Assembly: GCA_026023565.1 (NCBI GenBank)
Contig: JAPETS010000002.1
Span: 806,001 to 870,000, forward strand
From: Cirrosporium novae-zelandiae
Taxonomy: Eukaryota
Direction of reading: 5' to 3'
DNA: 64,000 nt
In this document: in pieces, positions 23,901 to 37,655 of the stretch
How positions within the stretch are numbered: position 1 is the stretch's first letter
Layout: every line of letters starts with the position of its first letter
The notes under the pieces: generated by a model
The model's input: the letters and a program-made list of their open reading frames with translations, nothing else
Told to the model about the DNA's origin: nothing
Database searches by the model: none
Made by a program: the position numbers and the translations under genes

Positions 23901-26900
23901 TATCTTCTAAGGGGTTCGACGCCGAAGAAGACAAAGACTTATTTTCTGTGAGATTCATTAAAGTCAACAAAGATTCCCCGGAATTCTTTGGCAAGTATGA
24001 AGGCATTGCGATGAATCTAGATGCCTCTGTTTCAACGATCAACTTAATTGTGACTCGGAGGACTATTCTAACTCTGTTAGACTTTGTACTTGTTACCTTT
24101 ACCAGCCCGGGAGATGACCATCGTATTGAGAAAGTAGATGATGAAAAGAAGGCTGGAGGTACTAAACCGGAAGAGCAACCAGATGGCCAGATACCTACCG
24201 AGCCCGATAAAATACGTATCAAAGCTAATCTAAATACGATATCTGTAATCCTAAACAATGATGGCATGCGCCTTGCCACTCTCAGCTTGCAAACGGCAGA
24301 TGTCAAGCTGCTCGTTGCAGGAAAGACCATGGATATTGAATCGCGCCTAGGCAGCCTTTCCCTGATTGATGACATCAATACAGGTGCTTCACAATACTCT
24401 TCACTTCGCCAGCTTATCACAATTCAAGGTGATAACTTCGCCGACTTTAGGTATCGAACATTTGATTCACAGGCGAAGGATTATCCAGGTTATGACTCTG
24501 AAGTCTTTTTGAGATCGGGTTCAGTTAAGGTCAACTTCCTAGAAGAGCCATTTCGGAAGATTATCGAATTTGCTGTCAAGTTCGGAAGGATGCAAGCGAT
24601 CTTCAACGCTGCACGTCAAGCCGCAGCAAACCAGGCATCTCAGATGCAGGAAACCGCATCCAAAATGCATTTTGACATTGTGGTAAAAACACCAATAGTT
24701 GTCTTCCCTCGAATCGTAAGCGTCGACAAACCTCGGGACCTTGTAACTGCAAACCTAGGAGAGATATATGCAAACAACTCATTCAAGGTATTGGAAGTCG
24801 GTCAAAGGTCAGCCGCGGCTAATAGGATATCTGCGGGCATCCGAAACATACGACTCACAACGGAGTTTCACTATGAAAATCTGGGTTCAGAGGAATTGGA
24901 AATGCTTAATAAGGTTGACTTGGATTTCAAAGTTACATATGTTGAGCATCAGCCTAATCTCGATCGACCGGATGTAGTAGTCAAGGGTTCGATGTCTCCG
25001 ATCAATCTATGCATAACCCAATCACAACTCAAGTTCCTGTTAGGGCTTTCCAGGACAGTTCCAAGTGCCTTTGCAACCGAGAGTGAAGAGGAAGAGCAGA
25101 TTGTCAAGGAACTCCCACGGTCTACCACCGAACCGGCGAAGACTATCATGAAAACAAGTACATCCGATGAAGAAGAAATTCCTACATCACCATCATATCT
25201 TGGACCAGAACTCGGTAAAGGGGAATCTACTTGGACGAAGGTTGACTTTGTCTTCAATGCTGAAACGGTTGGCCTAGAGTTGGCCCTTGCTAAGGAGGAC
25301 GAACCTGTCGGCAATTTAGAGTCTGCAAGCCTCTCCCAGTTTGCTTTAAACAAGACCAACGTTAAGCTTCGGATGATGAGCGATGGTGCCTTAGAGTCCG
25401 AGCTCATGGTGCATTCGTTCACTATAAAAGATAGCAGAAAAACAGAAACGAACAAGTTTCGGAAGATCATGTCTTTGATCAACAACAACGTGAAGCAACA
25501 ATTCATGGCCAGTTTCTCCATGTCCGGTGGGAATGAGAGGAATCTTGTTGCAATGCTCACGATTGACAGCCCGCGAGTCATTTTTGCGTTAGACTACCTA
25601 TTTGCTCTGCAAAGCTTTGCTACTACAGCGTTCGCCTCAGATGAGCCTGCTGTTCTGGACGACAATAGCCCCCCGAGTTCCCCACAAGATAATGTCAGCG
25701 AAAGTACTATCAGTTTGCATAGCAATAGCCCTGTCAGGGAGAAAGAGATGGATCGTGAAAATGAACCAGCAAGCGGCTCATCAATTACAGTGTCATTCCG
25801 AATCAACGTTGTGGATGCACAAGTGATGCTAATCGCCAACCCTGCAATATCAAATTCAGAAGCCATTGTGCTTGGCACAAAGCAGGTCTTGCTATCTCAA
25901 CAAAATTCAACAACGCTTCAAGTATCAAAAATTGGAATGTTTCTCTGTCGAATGGATAAGTTTGAGACTAGCAGGCTCCGAATCCTTGATGATTTCGATG
26001 TTCAGTTGTCTATGGAGAGTAAATCTGGAGGACGAAATGCATCTCTCACCCGGATGGAACTTAATATTGATCCTCTTATTCTTCGATTGTCGTTGAGAGA
26101 TATTTTACTAGCCCTGCAAATCGTAAACAAAGCTTCGGAGATGACAAACCAAGGTCAATCCAAAATACAGGACAGTGAACCTAAGAAGATCAAGGAAATT
26201 AAGGGAAGCTCGACAGCTTCCAAACGGCGATCAGCGGGCGGAAAACCGAAATCCCTGGCTACAAAGACCACTAACAAGTCAGCAGTATCCAAGAGATGGG
26301 ACTCCCAAGCAATAAAAGGCCGACTGGTTGGTTCAGGGGTCATGAAACGAGAAGAGCTGTCCGCTAAACTGCATGGGATGCGGGTCATCCTCATTGGCGA
26401 CCGTCATGAACTGCCACTCATCGACTGGAGCGTGAAGGAATTTAAGGTTGACGTACGAGATTGGTCAGCAGCAATGGCGGTTGATTTCAGTATCGATACA
26501 TTCATCAACGTTTATAACTTTTCAAAGTCCGCGTGGGAACCACTGATCGAGCCATGGCAACTCGGTTTCCATATGTCGAAAGAAGAGAGTTTAGGAGCCC
26601 TTTCAGTCGAGCTTTACTCACACAAAGTTATGGAGCTGACGGCCACTTCTGCCACGATTGCGCTTGCTTCAAAATCCATGCAGTTTCTTTCCACCGATGA
26701 AGATGTTCTATCCAAGCCCAGAGGTCAAGATGCCCCTTTCCGGATACGAAACTACACTGGATTTGATCTGAGCGTATGGGCGAGCTCCAAAGAAGATGAT
26801 CAAGGTACCGCTGCCAAACTCAGCGACGGTGAAGAATATCCTTGGCGTTTTGAAGATCCAACTAAAATGCGTCAAAATTTAAACCCGGAGGGGAATGCGG

Positions 26901-29900
26901 GTCTAGTTGGAGTCAAACTCGAAGGGAGTGGCTTCGATAGCATCGACAGAATTCCCGTGGGCCGTGAAGGAGAAACGCTTTACAACTTAAAACCAAGGAA
27001 GGATAGGATCCTCCACCGTCTGTTGGTGGATGTCAAACTTGGTGCAGATAGTGTGAAGTACATTACTTTCAGAAGTCCACTCCTTGTTGAAAATCGAACC
27101 CAAATTCCTATTGAACTAGGAGTCTTCAGCCCGGAGGACGGCCACTTACTAAAAATCGAGAAGATCAAGCCTGGCGAAGGACGTCCTGCTCCTGTTGGCG
27201 CTGCATTCCTGCATTCGCTTATAGTACGTCCTGATCAAGGTTTTGGTTATGCCTGGTCAAACGAACGGCTTTTCTGGAAAGATCTTCTGAAAAGACCTTC
27301 TAGAACTATTACCTGCCAAGGAGAAAACCAATCGGATCAGTCACCTTCATTCTTCTTCCAGATGCATGCGGCATTTGATAAAAATGACCCTATTACTGGG
27401 TAAGCTTCTAGATTAGTAGCGAATTGTGCGTATGTGCTAACGATACCTTAGTGTATATCCTTATATGCAAATTCGCATATCAGCTCCGATCGAGCTTCAA
27501 AATCTCCTACCTTATAACTTCAAATATCGAATTTATGATAGAAACACTAAAAAAGACTGGACTAACTTCCTTCGCAAGGGAGGCATCAGCCCGGTCCATG
27601 TGGTTGAGCTCTCTCATCTGCTTCTTCTCAGTATTGATATGCAGGATACCGTTTTCAAGCCGAGTGATTTTGCTATAATCAATAGCAGTGCTCACGAGGA
27701 CTTCCGCCGAGAGAATGAACTGTCTGTGAAGGACCAATCTGGGATCGAATTGAAATTGAAGCTTCACTACTTGTAAGGAACACTCCAGGAAGACAAAACT
27801 GACGCTAATAATATACAGCAATGTCCCCGATAGTGGTGGTGCTTTCAAGGTAACAGTATACAGTCCTTACCTTGTTCTGAATAGAACCGGTCTGGACCTC
27901 AACATCCAGAGCAAATCAATGTTCCAAGCCGCCAAAGCTTCGGCTGGGCAGAGCAGTAGGACCGAAATTGAGGATGAGGAACGAAGGGTTTTACCTTATA
28001 TGTTTTCTTACCCTAATGACGATCGCAAGAACCGTGCCACATTGAAGATTGGGGATTCGGGCTGGAGCAAACCCCAAACTTTTGATGCCATAGGAAGTGA
28101 TTATGAAGTAGTTCTACCATCATCCAGCAGGGGGATGGAGATGCATGTGGGAGTCTCCGTAAAGGAAGGTGAAGGGAAGTACAACGTAACCAAAGTTGTC
28201 ACTGTGGCGCCCCGCTTTATTCTAAAGAATAAAATCAACGAGGAAATTAATATCCGTGAGCCAGGATCTTCCGAAACCATGTCATTAAGTCCGGGGGAAC
28301 TTCTACCTTTGCGATTCCTTCGACAAGCTCCTGAGAAGCAACTCTGCTTATGCTTCCCTGGCATAAATAATCAATGGTATGGCTTCCGGCTCTCAGTATC
28401 GTTCTTCTAGAACTGATTGAATTGTCTAGGTCATCCCCGTTCAATATTTCTAACGTCGGTACCGTCCACGTTAAATTAGCAAAAGCAGGCGAGCGGCAGA
28501 AACTTATTCGGATCGAGGTCATTATGGAAAAAGCGACAATATTCTTGCATATAGGCATAGAGACAAAGCACTGGCCATTCTCAATGAGAAACGAAAGTGA
28601 TATGGAGTTTATGTTTTACCAAACGGTAACACCCCTTTACAGCCTAGCATCTGAATCTCTTGCTAACAGGTATTATCTAGAACCCATATCTTGATGAAGA
28701 TGAAGAGGATCAAGATACAAAGTGGCGCCCAATTCGGTATCGTCTACCTCCCCGGAGTATCATGCCATATGCCTGGGACTATCCAGCAGCAAAGAATAAA
28801 GAGATTGTGCTCACCTGCCTTGGCAAGTCTCGTAATATAAAACTTGCCGAAATTGGAAATCTCTTGCCAATCCGAATCCCTCTCTCGAACGGCCAACAGA
28901 AGATAATTGACCTTAACATTATTGCAGAAGGTCCTACTCAAACTCTTGCTCTTTCGAAGTGGAAGCCCTCGCAAAGCCTGTATAAGCAAAAATCTGGCAC
29001 TTCTTCACAAGCCAGCATTTCTACTGGATTTGAAGTGAAGGATTTTGAGACGGATGTCACGTTCAAGGCTCAGCTTCGGTTTGCCGGGATTGGCATATCT
29101 CTTGTTAACAAACACCTAAAGGAGCTTCTCTATATGACATTACGACAACTTGAACTTAAATACCACGACTCTAAGTTATATCAAACTGTTAATGCGACTA
29201 TAAAATGGATACAAATTGATAATCAACTTTACGGGGGAATATTTCCTATATTGCTGTATCCCAGCGTCGTCCCCAAGACTGGTAAAGAAATGGAGGCTCA
29301 TCCAATATTCCACGCGGCTGTGACAAGGGTCAAGGACGACTCGTATGGTGTCTTGTACATCAAATATGCCACCATGTTATTACAACAAATGACGATAGAA
29401 ATTGATGAAGATTTCATTTTCGCTATGATTGATTTCGCTGATGTTCCTGGCGCCTCTTGGACTGAAGAAAGAGAGGGTAAACTTTGCGACGATGACATGA
29501 ATATCCCAGAACCCCAAAAGAAGGAGCAAGGCCAAGATGTTTACTTTGAACTTCTACACCTCCAGCCAATGCAACTTGATCTGTCTTTCGTGCGTACTGA
29601 ACGAATAAATGCTGAAGATAACGCTCAGGCAACAAATCCCCTGATGTTCGCTTTCAATGTTATGACCATGTCAATTGGAAATGTGAACGATGCCCCAGTC
29701 AGGTTCAATGCCTTGATGCTGGAAAATGCTCGAGTATCTGTTCCGGCTTTAACTGCAAATATCCAACGTCATTATACTCAGGAGTTCCTTTCTAAAATAC
29801 ACATAGTTCTTGGATCTGCGGACTTTATTGGCAATCCTGTTGGCTTATTCAACAATTTCAGTTCCGGTGTTGCTGATATCTTCTATGAGCCATACCAAGG

Positions 29901-30851
29901 GTTGGTGATGACCGACCGACCGCAAGAGCTCGGTATTGGAATTGCAAAGGGCGCCTCTAGTTTTGTCAAGAAGTCCGTCTTTGGTCTCTCTGACAGTATG
30001 GCCAAATTCACTGGGAGTGTGTCCAAGGGTCTGGCAGCAGCAACACTGGACAAGGAGTTTCAAGATAAGAGGAGAATGTCAAAGTCTCGCAACAGACCAA
30101 AGCATGCCCTTTATGGTATCACCGCTGGGGGGAATGCTTTTGCGACAAGTTTAGCTAGTGGGATCGGTGGTCTTGCACGCCATCCACTACAAGGCGCAGA
30201 GAAAGAAGGTCTGCAAGGGTTTGTAAAAGGGGTAGGCAAAGGATTCTTGGGTCTTGCTACAAAGCCGGCTATTGGGGCGTTTGATCTAGCATCAAGTAAG
30301 TTACAATGGTCTCTACCAAACTAGGGTTGAACTAACACGCAGTCAGACCTGGCGGAAGGTGTCCGAAATACCACAACCGTATTTGACGCCGAGGGCCTTG
30401 ACCGAGTACGCCTTGCTCGCTTCATCGGTATTGATGGAGTTGTCCGGCCCTACTCCCAACGCGAAGCACTTGGGCAATTTTGGCTTAAAACTATGGATGA
30501 CGGCAAGCACTTCAACGAGAATTATATTGCTCATCTAGAACTGCCAGGGAGGGACATGCTGGTTATGCTCACCTACAACCGCATCATGCTGGTGAAATCG
30601 AAACGGTTACGAACTGAATGGGACATCAAGCTGACGGACATTCAAACCATTTCCAAAGAAAGGACAGGGATGAGTGTCACTCTCAAAGGAGGCACGAACG
30701 GACCGTTCATTCCCGTGCAAGAGGAGAGTTCTAGGAATTGGCTGTATAAGCAAATTGCTATTGGTAAGCATCGTTGAGTTGTGAAGGTGATTGAGACTGA
30801 CCTGAACTAGCTGTTAATGCTTTCAACGACAAATACAACACAAAGGGCTAG
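20951..30851 (+). CDS. VPS13: Vacuolar protein sorting-associated protein 13 (bridge-like lipid transfer protein)
   Basis: Chorein-N start MLEGLVATLLNRFLGMYVKNFD..QLNVGIWSGDV.L; 2150-aa first exon; EPLIEPW repeat; VAB/SHR-BD region; QIDNQL and GSADFIGNPVGL C-terminal motifs. About six short introns; TAG at 30849-30851. Confidence 0.97.
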
Positions 30852-32905
30852 AGGACATGAATAATAATGACATTACGTATATTGGTATGGCCGGATTGGG
30901 ACTGGGGTAATGAGTACAAAAAGAGGAGGGTTAGGTAGTGGCAAGAGAGAATTGGTGGTTTAGAGGTGCCTTGAAATGTTACAGTGTTTTAATACATCTT
31001 CTACATATGGCTATGAATAGCATGGCTTGATTGTTATACGGGCAGTCGAATGTCATTGTTGATGAAAAGGAGGTTGGAGGAAAGCCGAGGAGAGATGGAT
31101 TTACCATGCATCAGCTACCCTGCTTGAGCAAGCCAAGCATACTGTAAGGATTGATAAATAAAAGTTGGAATGGGTGGTGGATTGAACTGGTTGAAATGGA
31201 AGGTGATGATGGTGGTGAATTCATGAGGGATTTTCAGCTTGTATTAGTACGAGTACGTGGAAGGGAGAGGAGAAGGGAACTGGGACGATCAAATGCAAAA
31301 TGGAATAAATATGGGGGAATATGGGGGATCTGGGCGATGCAAATGCCAAGGATGGGATTTGTTGCAATCATCATGCAAGGCTTATGAGACCATCAGTCAT
31401 TTCCATTCATCAGGACCCCGCCGTAAGGATTTGGCTATCGAATTGCTATCTCTCGTTTTTCCATGGTACTATCTACTTGTTATATTTTTACCTGTTTGAC
31501 TGGGGGTATCGGGTGGAACAGTGGCCAAGGAAGGCAAAGAAGACATGAAGAATGGCAGGATAGGTGCATATTGTGCCTTTACTTACTCGAAGACGGGCCA
31601 TAGCTTGCCCCTGTTGTGATGCGTGTCGTCAATAATTTGATAGATTATATCACCAATTGATTGTTTAGTGTAAAGCTACCTTGTTTTAGGTCATGTTTAA
31701 GTCTAGGTATCTACTCGAGTGGGTGCCTGGCTGTTTAGGTGTTGAGTTGTATGGGGGGGACGGGTATAGAGTATAATTGAGAATGGGGGGGAAAGAGGGG
31801 ATTTAGTTGGGAAGCTTGAGATGAAAGTAGTTTAGGGTCATATGGGTAATTCACGACCAAAGAGGACCTTGAACCTTAAGTGGGTTGGTTGTAAATGAAA
31901 GCCTTGGCAATTCTTTGGCCAGGAGAGCTACTCATACTTTGCTCATACTTTTTGTCGGCCCGTAATCTGCTGGTAATCGTCAAGTAAAATTCCCGTAATC
32001 TTTCTGTCATTTTCATGTCCCCTGGTAACTCTAAAGTAAAATCCAGCTAAAAAAGCTCAATACCAAAAGTAATAGCTCGTAATGTCTCGTAATAAACCCC
32101 GTAATGGTCCATACCTTATAATGCCTACCCCCCCCCGACGCCGAGCACGCTCCAATAAGCCCCATACAGTACCAAAGTGGTAGCAGGAGAATCGTTGATT
32201 AGTTAAAGAATAATTCAAATAACCTCCAATTCTACCTCGAACCTTTTATCCCCAGGGCCCTTGTGAAAGCTACTACCTTATCCTGATCCCTTAGATTTCC
32301 CATACTTTTTTGATCATTCGAGTATCAATTATCTACGATATTCCAAAATATCACCATTTCCGATTCCAAACTCGGCTTCGATTCCCGCGTCGCCAAGATC
32401 CATATCTCTTCACACTTTACCGCACATATTCAGCCTTCCTACAACTAAACTCAATATTACGATCTCAACTATGCCAGCAAACCTTAGAGAAAATATCTAA
32501 TCACCAGACGTTGTTTCAGCAGTTCACTTTGGAACCTATCCATACCTAATGGCCCTTTTCCTATAAAAAAAGTATCAGCAATTCAGCAACGCCCAACAGC
32601 GAGTACTCATGGTCTGGTCGGCAGGCTCAGTACAAGCTTCAAGCCGACAGATACCAGCCGAACGGACGGCTTTCTTAAATTCCAAACTTTGCGCTGGTAC
32701 TGTTTTCCTCTTCAACCATTTTCAAGTCCCTACCCCAAGACCGTACTCGACAGTGCTTCAACACGGACCTTGGACTCTCTACCTTCAATGCTGAAAGACT
32801 ACAACACTTGGATATATCACTCTTCCATCAATACCTCACCACAATCGCCTGCGAACAGCGCCCACCTTTCTCTGCCTGGCTATTCTGTGAGAGTTTAAGA
32901 TTATT

Positions 32906-32962
32906 GTATGTAAATATCTACGCTTTTGTTCTGGGAAAATCAGCGCTGACCGGTTTATACAG
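32906..32962 (+). other. Probable 5'-UTR intron of the C2H2 transcription factor gene
   Basis: GTATGT...GCTGAC...TACAG, 57 nt, ending about 110 nt upstream of ATG 33075. Confidence 0.55.
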
Positions 32963-33074
32963 TGCGCTTCCATTCGGCCTCTTGGAATCTCTTACAAATT
33001 TTGTCATCGACGTGCTTAGCTTTAGTTGCGCAGCTGTATTCTGAGCAGAAGACTACAAAAACTCCTGCGCTGAG

Positions 33075-34478
33075 ATGGATGAAGGAACAGCTCTCTTCTC
33101 ACTCCCACCGGCACCTGAAGACCATCAGGATATAATCCCAACCCAGAACGTCAAGGACAAGCCATATGTTTGCAAGTGGACCGGAGGCCCCAAGGAACAT
33201 CATCCTGATCCATGTACCAAGGTAGAAAGCTATAGCCTCTGGTGAGGGAACCAATGCTAATGGATGCTACAGAGATTCAATCGGAAATCAGATCTGATAC
33301 GGCACATGAGAATACACACCAATACACGACCTTTCAAATGCTCACATTGTACAAAGTCTTTCATTCAGCGCAGCGCCTTGACCGTTCATATTAGAACACA
33401 TACTGGAGAGAAACCTCATCGATGTGATCACGAGGGTTGCGAAAAGGCCTTTTCTGATGTAAATATATTTCTACCAACTCATCCATCTAAGCTAACAGAG
33501 CTCTACAGTCTTCTAGTCTTGCGAGGCATCGCAGGATTCACACAAATAATAAACCTTTCAAATGTCCGGAGGACTCTTGCCAGAAAACGTAAGTTAGTCC
33601 TGCCAAGTTCTTATCACAATGTCTTTCTGATGTCTGTAGTAGATTTGCTCGAAAGACTACGGCACTTAAACATGCAAACACCCATGCAAACACTCATGAA
33701 ACCCCCAATGCAAACAACCATGCAAACACCCACCATATGGATGGTGGTCCAGTGCCTATGTACGATTTTCAGCAAAACCCCGAGTTCGTAGCTTTTCCAC
33801 TTCAACAAAATCATGAGTTCGGAGGGTTTCAACCTGTTCAGCAAAATCACGAGTTCTCAGGCTTCCCCCCACCACTTCAGCAAAATCAGGAGTTCTTAGA
33901 TCTTCCATCCATGTACAATTCTCCGCCTTCACAATTCCAGATTCCTAACTCTATATATATACCACGCGAACCCGAGGCCCAACTCCCTACGACTATGTGT
34001 ATGGAACGTGAAATACAGGCCCAGCTACCAGTTACTATCTATGAAATTCTTCGTGATAATATGTCACACGGTTTTCAATCTCATTCACCAACTGAAAAAT
34101 CTATTGTTGAAAACAATCTATCTCTACACATGGGGATGTGTCAGACTAATGACGACAATTTTCAGAATGCCGATGGCAGTAGCCCTAGTGACCTCACAAG
34201 CAACTATTCATCCAATCAGGACAACATGAATGTACCCCAGGAAACGGGAAACTTCTTTCAAAAATTTCCCGGTCTATATCCAAATATAGGCCCGAATATG
34301 CAACCCATGGGAGCTTTCAACCCAACATTCGGACTTCCGGGGGGGTTACAGGTTGTCAAGGATGGAGAAGCCGATTCAGGACTTCCATTACCACATATGC
34401 GGTTGGATCTGGTGAGTTGTCTACTTCGTTGTCGATTTTTTCAAGGCACTAATACTTTGGCAGGATGGCGAGTCCTAG
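33075..34478 (+). CDS. C2H2 zinc-finger transcription factor (four fingers, Gln/Pro-rich C-terminus)
   Basis: Introns 33222-33272, 33459-33508, 33589-33642, 34412-34463. Fingers ...[106 protein letters not shown]. Confidence 0.88.
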
Positions 34479-37400
34479 AAGGAAGGCCCATAGTATTTGC
34501 AGTATACTATAAAGAGTCGATTTTGCTTGATTGCTCCGAGAACTGTCTTTTGTTTTTCCTCTTGCTCTACTGCAGCGAGCCTGTACACAGGAAAATACGG
34601 GTCGATGAAAGGGAACTACAGCACCTTTCCAAATTTATGACTACGGTTGTTTTTTGTTTGATTGTTTTATTCTCACATAGCCGGAGTTGGATTTTTTTCA
34701 ATTGGTTAATGGCGCGCTAGGTTTTCCCTGGGGTTAAAGAAACTGGGAACTAACGGATGGGACCAGGAAAAAAAAGCTGGTTAATCGTTTCGTGGTGTTT
34801 TATATGCTGAAGTTATTGTTACTGCTATGGCGGCCTTTGCTGCCGTTGGTGACCATTTGATCCACGGGTTACTTCTATGTCCTTGGTTCTTATCGATCTT
34901 GTTCATCTCGGAAGACTCAAGCTAAGATGATTAACGCGTGACACATTTTGTTCCTCCCTATTCAGTGGATAACTTTCTCTGGATAAACTGTGAGGTTCCA
35001 ACTTGACTTGATAGCTGTTTTTTTCTTGGTTGATCTCGAGGCAACCCAGGAATGATGACACGTGACATTTTGGTGGATTTTTACCGGAATAGCTAGCAAA
35101 GTTTTCAACTTCGTTTTGATACCTCTTTTCTTGGTTGGTTGATCCCAAGGCAGGCAACCAAGGAGATGATGAGTACGTGGCATTTTGATGGATTTTCAAC
35201 TGGGGAATAGCTAATTAGCAAGTTTCCAGAAAGGGATTTAGCTAAGCGTTTTTGTTTTTTTTTTTCTTGTGACGGCCGAATCAGGAGGAGGCTTTTGCTA
35301 GAGAGTCATTGTTAATTAGTACTTTTACCACTACCACTACTACCCCATTTGAATTTTTTCGAGGAATGGTTTTATATTTTATACTTGGAATTATTTTTCG
35401 ATTCTTACTTGTAGGGATAGTTTTAAAAAACAATGGACTTAAGAAGATATAGATTCAGAGATGGTTTTTTGCTTAAGTTCTTTCTCATTCATTTATTATC
35501 CGAACTTGCATTTTTTTTTTTTTTTATCCATCTCCCCTGGTACATTTTTTTCTTCTTTTTTTCTTCTCTTGTTTTATCTCCTCCTTTTTCCTGTCTCCTC
35601 CTCCTCCTCCTTCTCCTCCTCTCCCCCCTCTTCCTCCCTCTTCCTCCCTCTTCCTCCTCCTTCTTCTTTTTCTTCTTCTCCATACCAACCCAAAGAGGAC
35701 TTTAATTACCAAATCGATGCTAAATATAAGTCAGATAATTTGCTCAACCATGCTTTCATATGGTGATGCCATTATATCACTCTCTTGTTATGACTTTTCA
35801 ACCCAATGTTTTCCCTCCCTCTATCCCTCCCTTCCCCCCCGAACCCTCAATCCACCACCATAATAAAACTACCCCCAATATAACGTCTCCTCCTTCCCCT
35901 CCTATCATTGCCTATATGCATTAGGAACGAATGCTGGCGCCATTAATTACCAAGACCTCGTCCCTTGGTCATAAGGGGTATGGTTAATAACAAAAGAAAG
36001 AAAAAAATTAAAACTAAAGCTTTTGTTGTTGTTGTTGTTGTTGTTGTGCTGTGCTGTGTGCCGTCCTATCCCTATCCTATCCCTATCTCTATTTATGTTG
36101 TTATCATTTTTCTACAAGGTTAGATAGACATTAGACATCAGGTATTCCCCCTAGTACATGTACATTGGTACTCATTTGTTTAGCTATCATTCACTTTGTT
36201 CGACAACTTCTATACTCGAGATTTGGATAGATCCTGTACTGTATATGCCTGGGTCTAGGTCTCCTACAAGTTGTTGTTGTTTATCATCGGTAAATATCAA
36301 GTCAGGTTAGGTCAGGTCAGGTCCTAGGATGGGATGGGATATTCCCCGCTTTGCTTGCTGGCCTCATTTACTAGCTTGATGGATAAATGCTAAGAGAGGA
36401 ACACATACATACATACATACATACATGCATGTGATAATTTTTGTTTATTACTTCTACGGTTTACTATAGTATAGTATAAGGAAATGAATGAATTAGTGGA
36501 TGGGTGAGTAGGAGGGAGGAGGGGATGGTATTGAGAGAGGGTGTGGGCGTACATGGATAATGTGATGGGGTTGCTTTGATGATGATGATGGATGTGATGA
36601 TATGATACTAAGTAGAGTAGGGTAGAGAAGGGAATGGACCAGACCGACCCAGATCTTGATTACCCCGACCAAGGTCTACTCCTATTTAGTTCACTTTCGA
36701 AAATATAATTATATATTTTCGATTTACGCTTAGATTGGATTAGATAAACTATTGCTGGAGATAAGATAAGATAATGTGTTTGTGAAATCGAGGGTTTCAA
36801 AATGTTTTTTTCCTGCGCTTCGATTGACCGAGGGGGGGGGGGGGGGGTTCTGGTTGGTTTGGTCTAATTATTTTTTCTTTGATTGGATTGGATTGGATTA
36901 GGGCTGGATTAGGGTAAGAGTGGAGGTATTAATCTAGATGGATGGGTTTTTCGGGGGTTAGAAAAGGCTGTTTTTTTTACATGTGTCATTGTTCATGACA
37001 TAAATGCTATTATGATTGATTAAAACCTCGTAATTATTACAAGTACCTCGGTACCTAGGATATTCTACTAAAATTTCTTCTAATTTAATAAAGCATTTAT
37101 TCTCTTTGAGTTTTTTCTTTCTTTCTTTTAATTTAGAATTGGAAATTTGATTCATTTCAATGGTTGGTGAAGTGAAGTAAGTGTACCTGGACATGGACAG
37201 AATCTTGGCAATCAATGTTTGAGAGAGAGATTGATCGCCTATCTACTGTAAGCTGTGCGCTAGCCATTTAATTAACTGGTTTCCATCACGGGAAAGGACT
37301 CGAACCCGTAAGTTAGCGTCGACGACGATGGCGGTAATATGTACAGTACGGTACAGTACTGCGCAACTCTAGAGCTCAAGAGTTCAATTTATTAGAGGAA

Positions 37401-37655
37401 ACATGGAAAATGGAAAACGATGCCAGGAATAATATGCCTGGAACAGTACATTTTAATTTTTGTACACCATAACTTTTAAGCGACATGCAGACATAAAACA
37501 ATGAATTATCATCAGTACATTTCAACTTTTTTCGATGTTTGCTACTCTCTCTCCTTCCAAGTGCCTTTTTTCTATACTGTAAATTGTCTTGGCCTATCCG
37601 CTCCACCCCCACATACTCAAAATCCCACTCCACTCCCACCCCGCTTCTTCCTTGT

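Noticed and set aside
34412..34720. Hydrophobic C-terminal extension of the C2H2 ORF (possible membrane anchor)
   Set aside because: It reads through a canonical intron (GTGAGT...ACTAAT...CAG, 34412-34463). The spliced form stops at 34478, and nothing supports retention.
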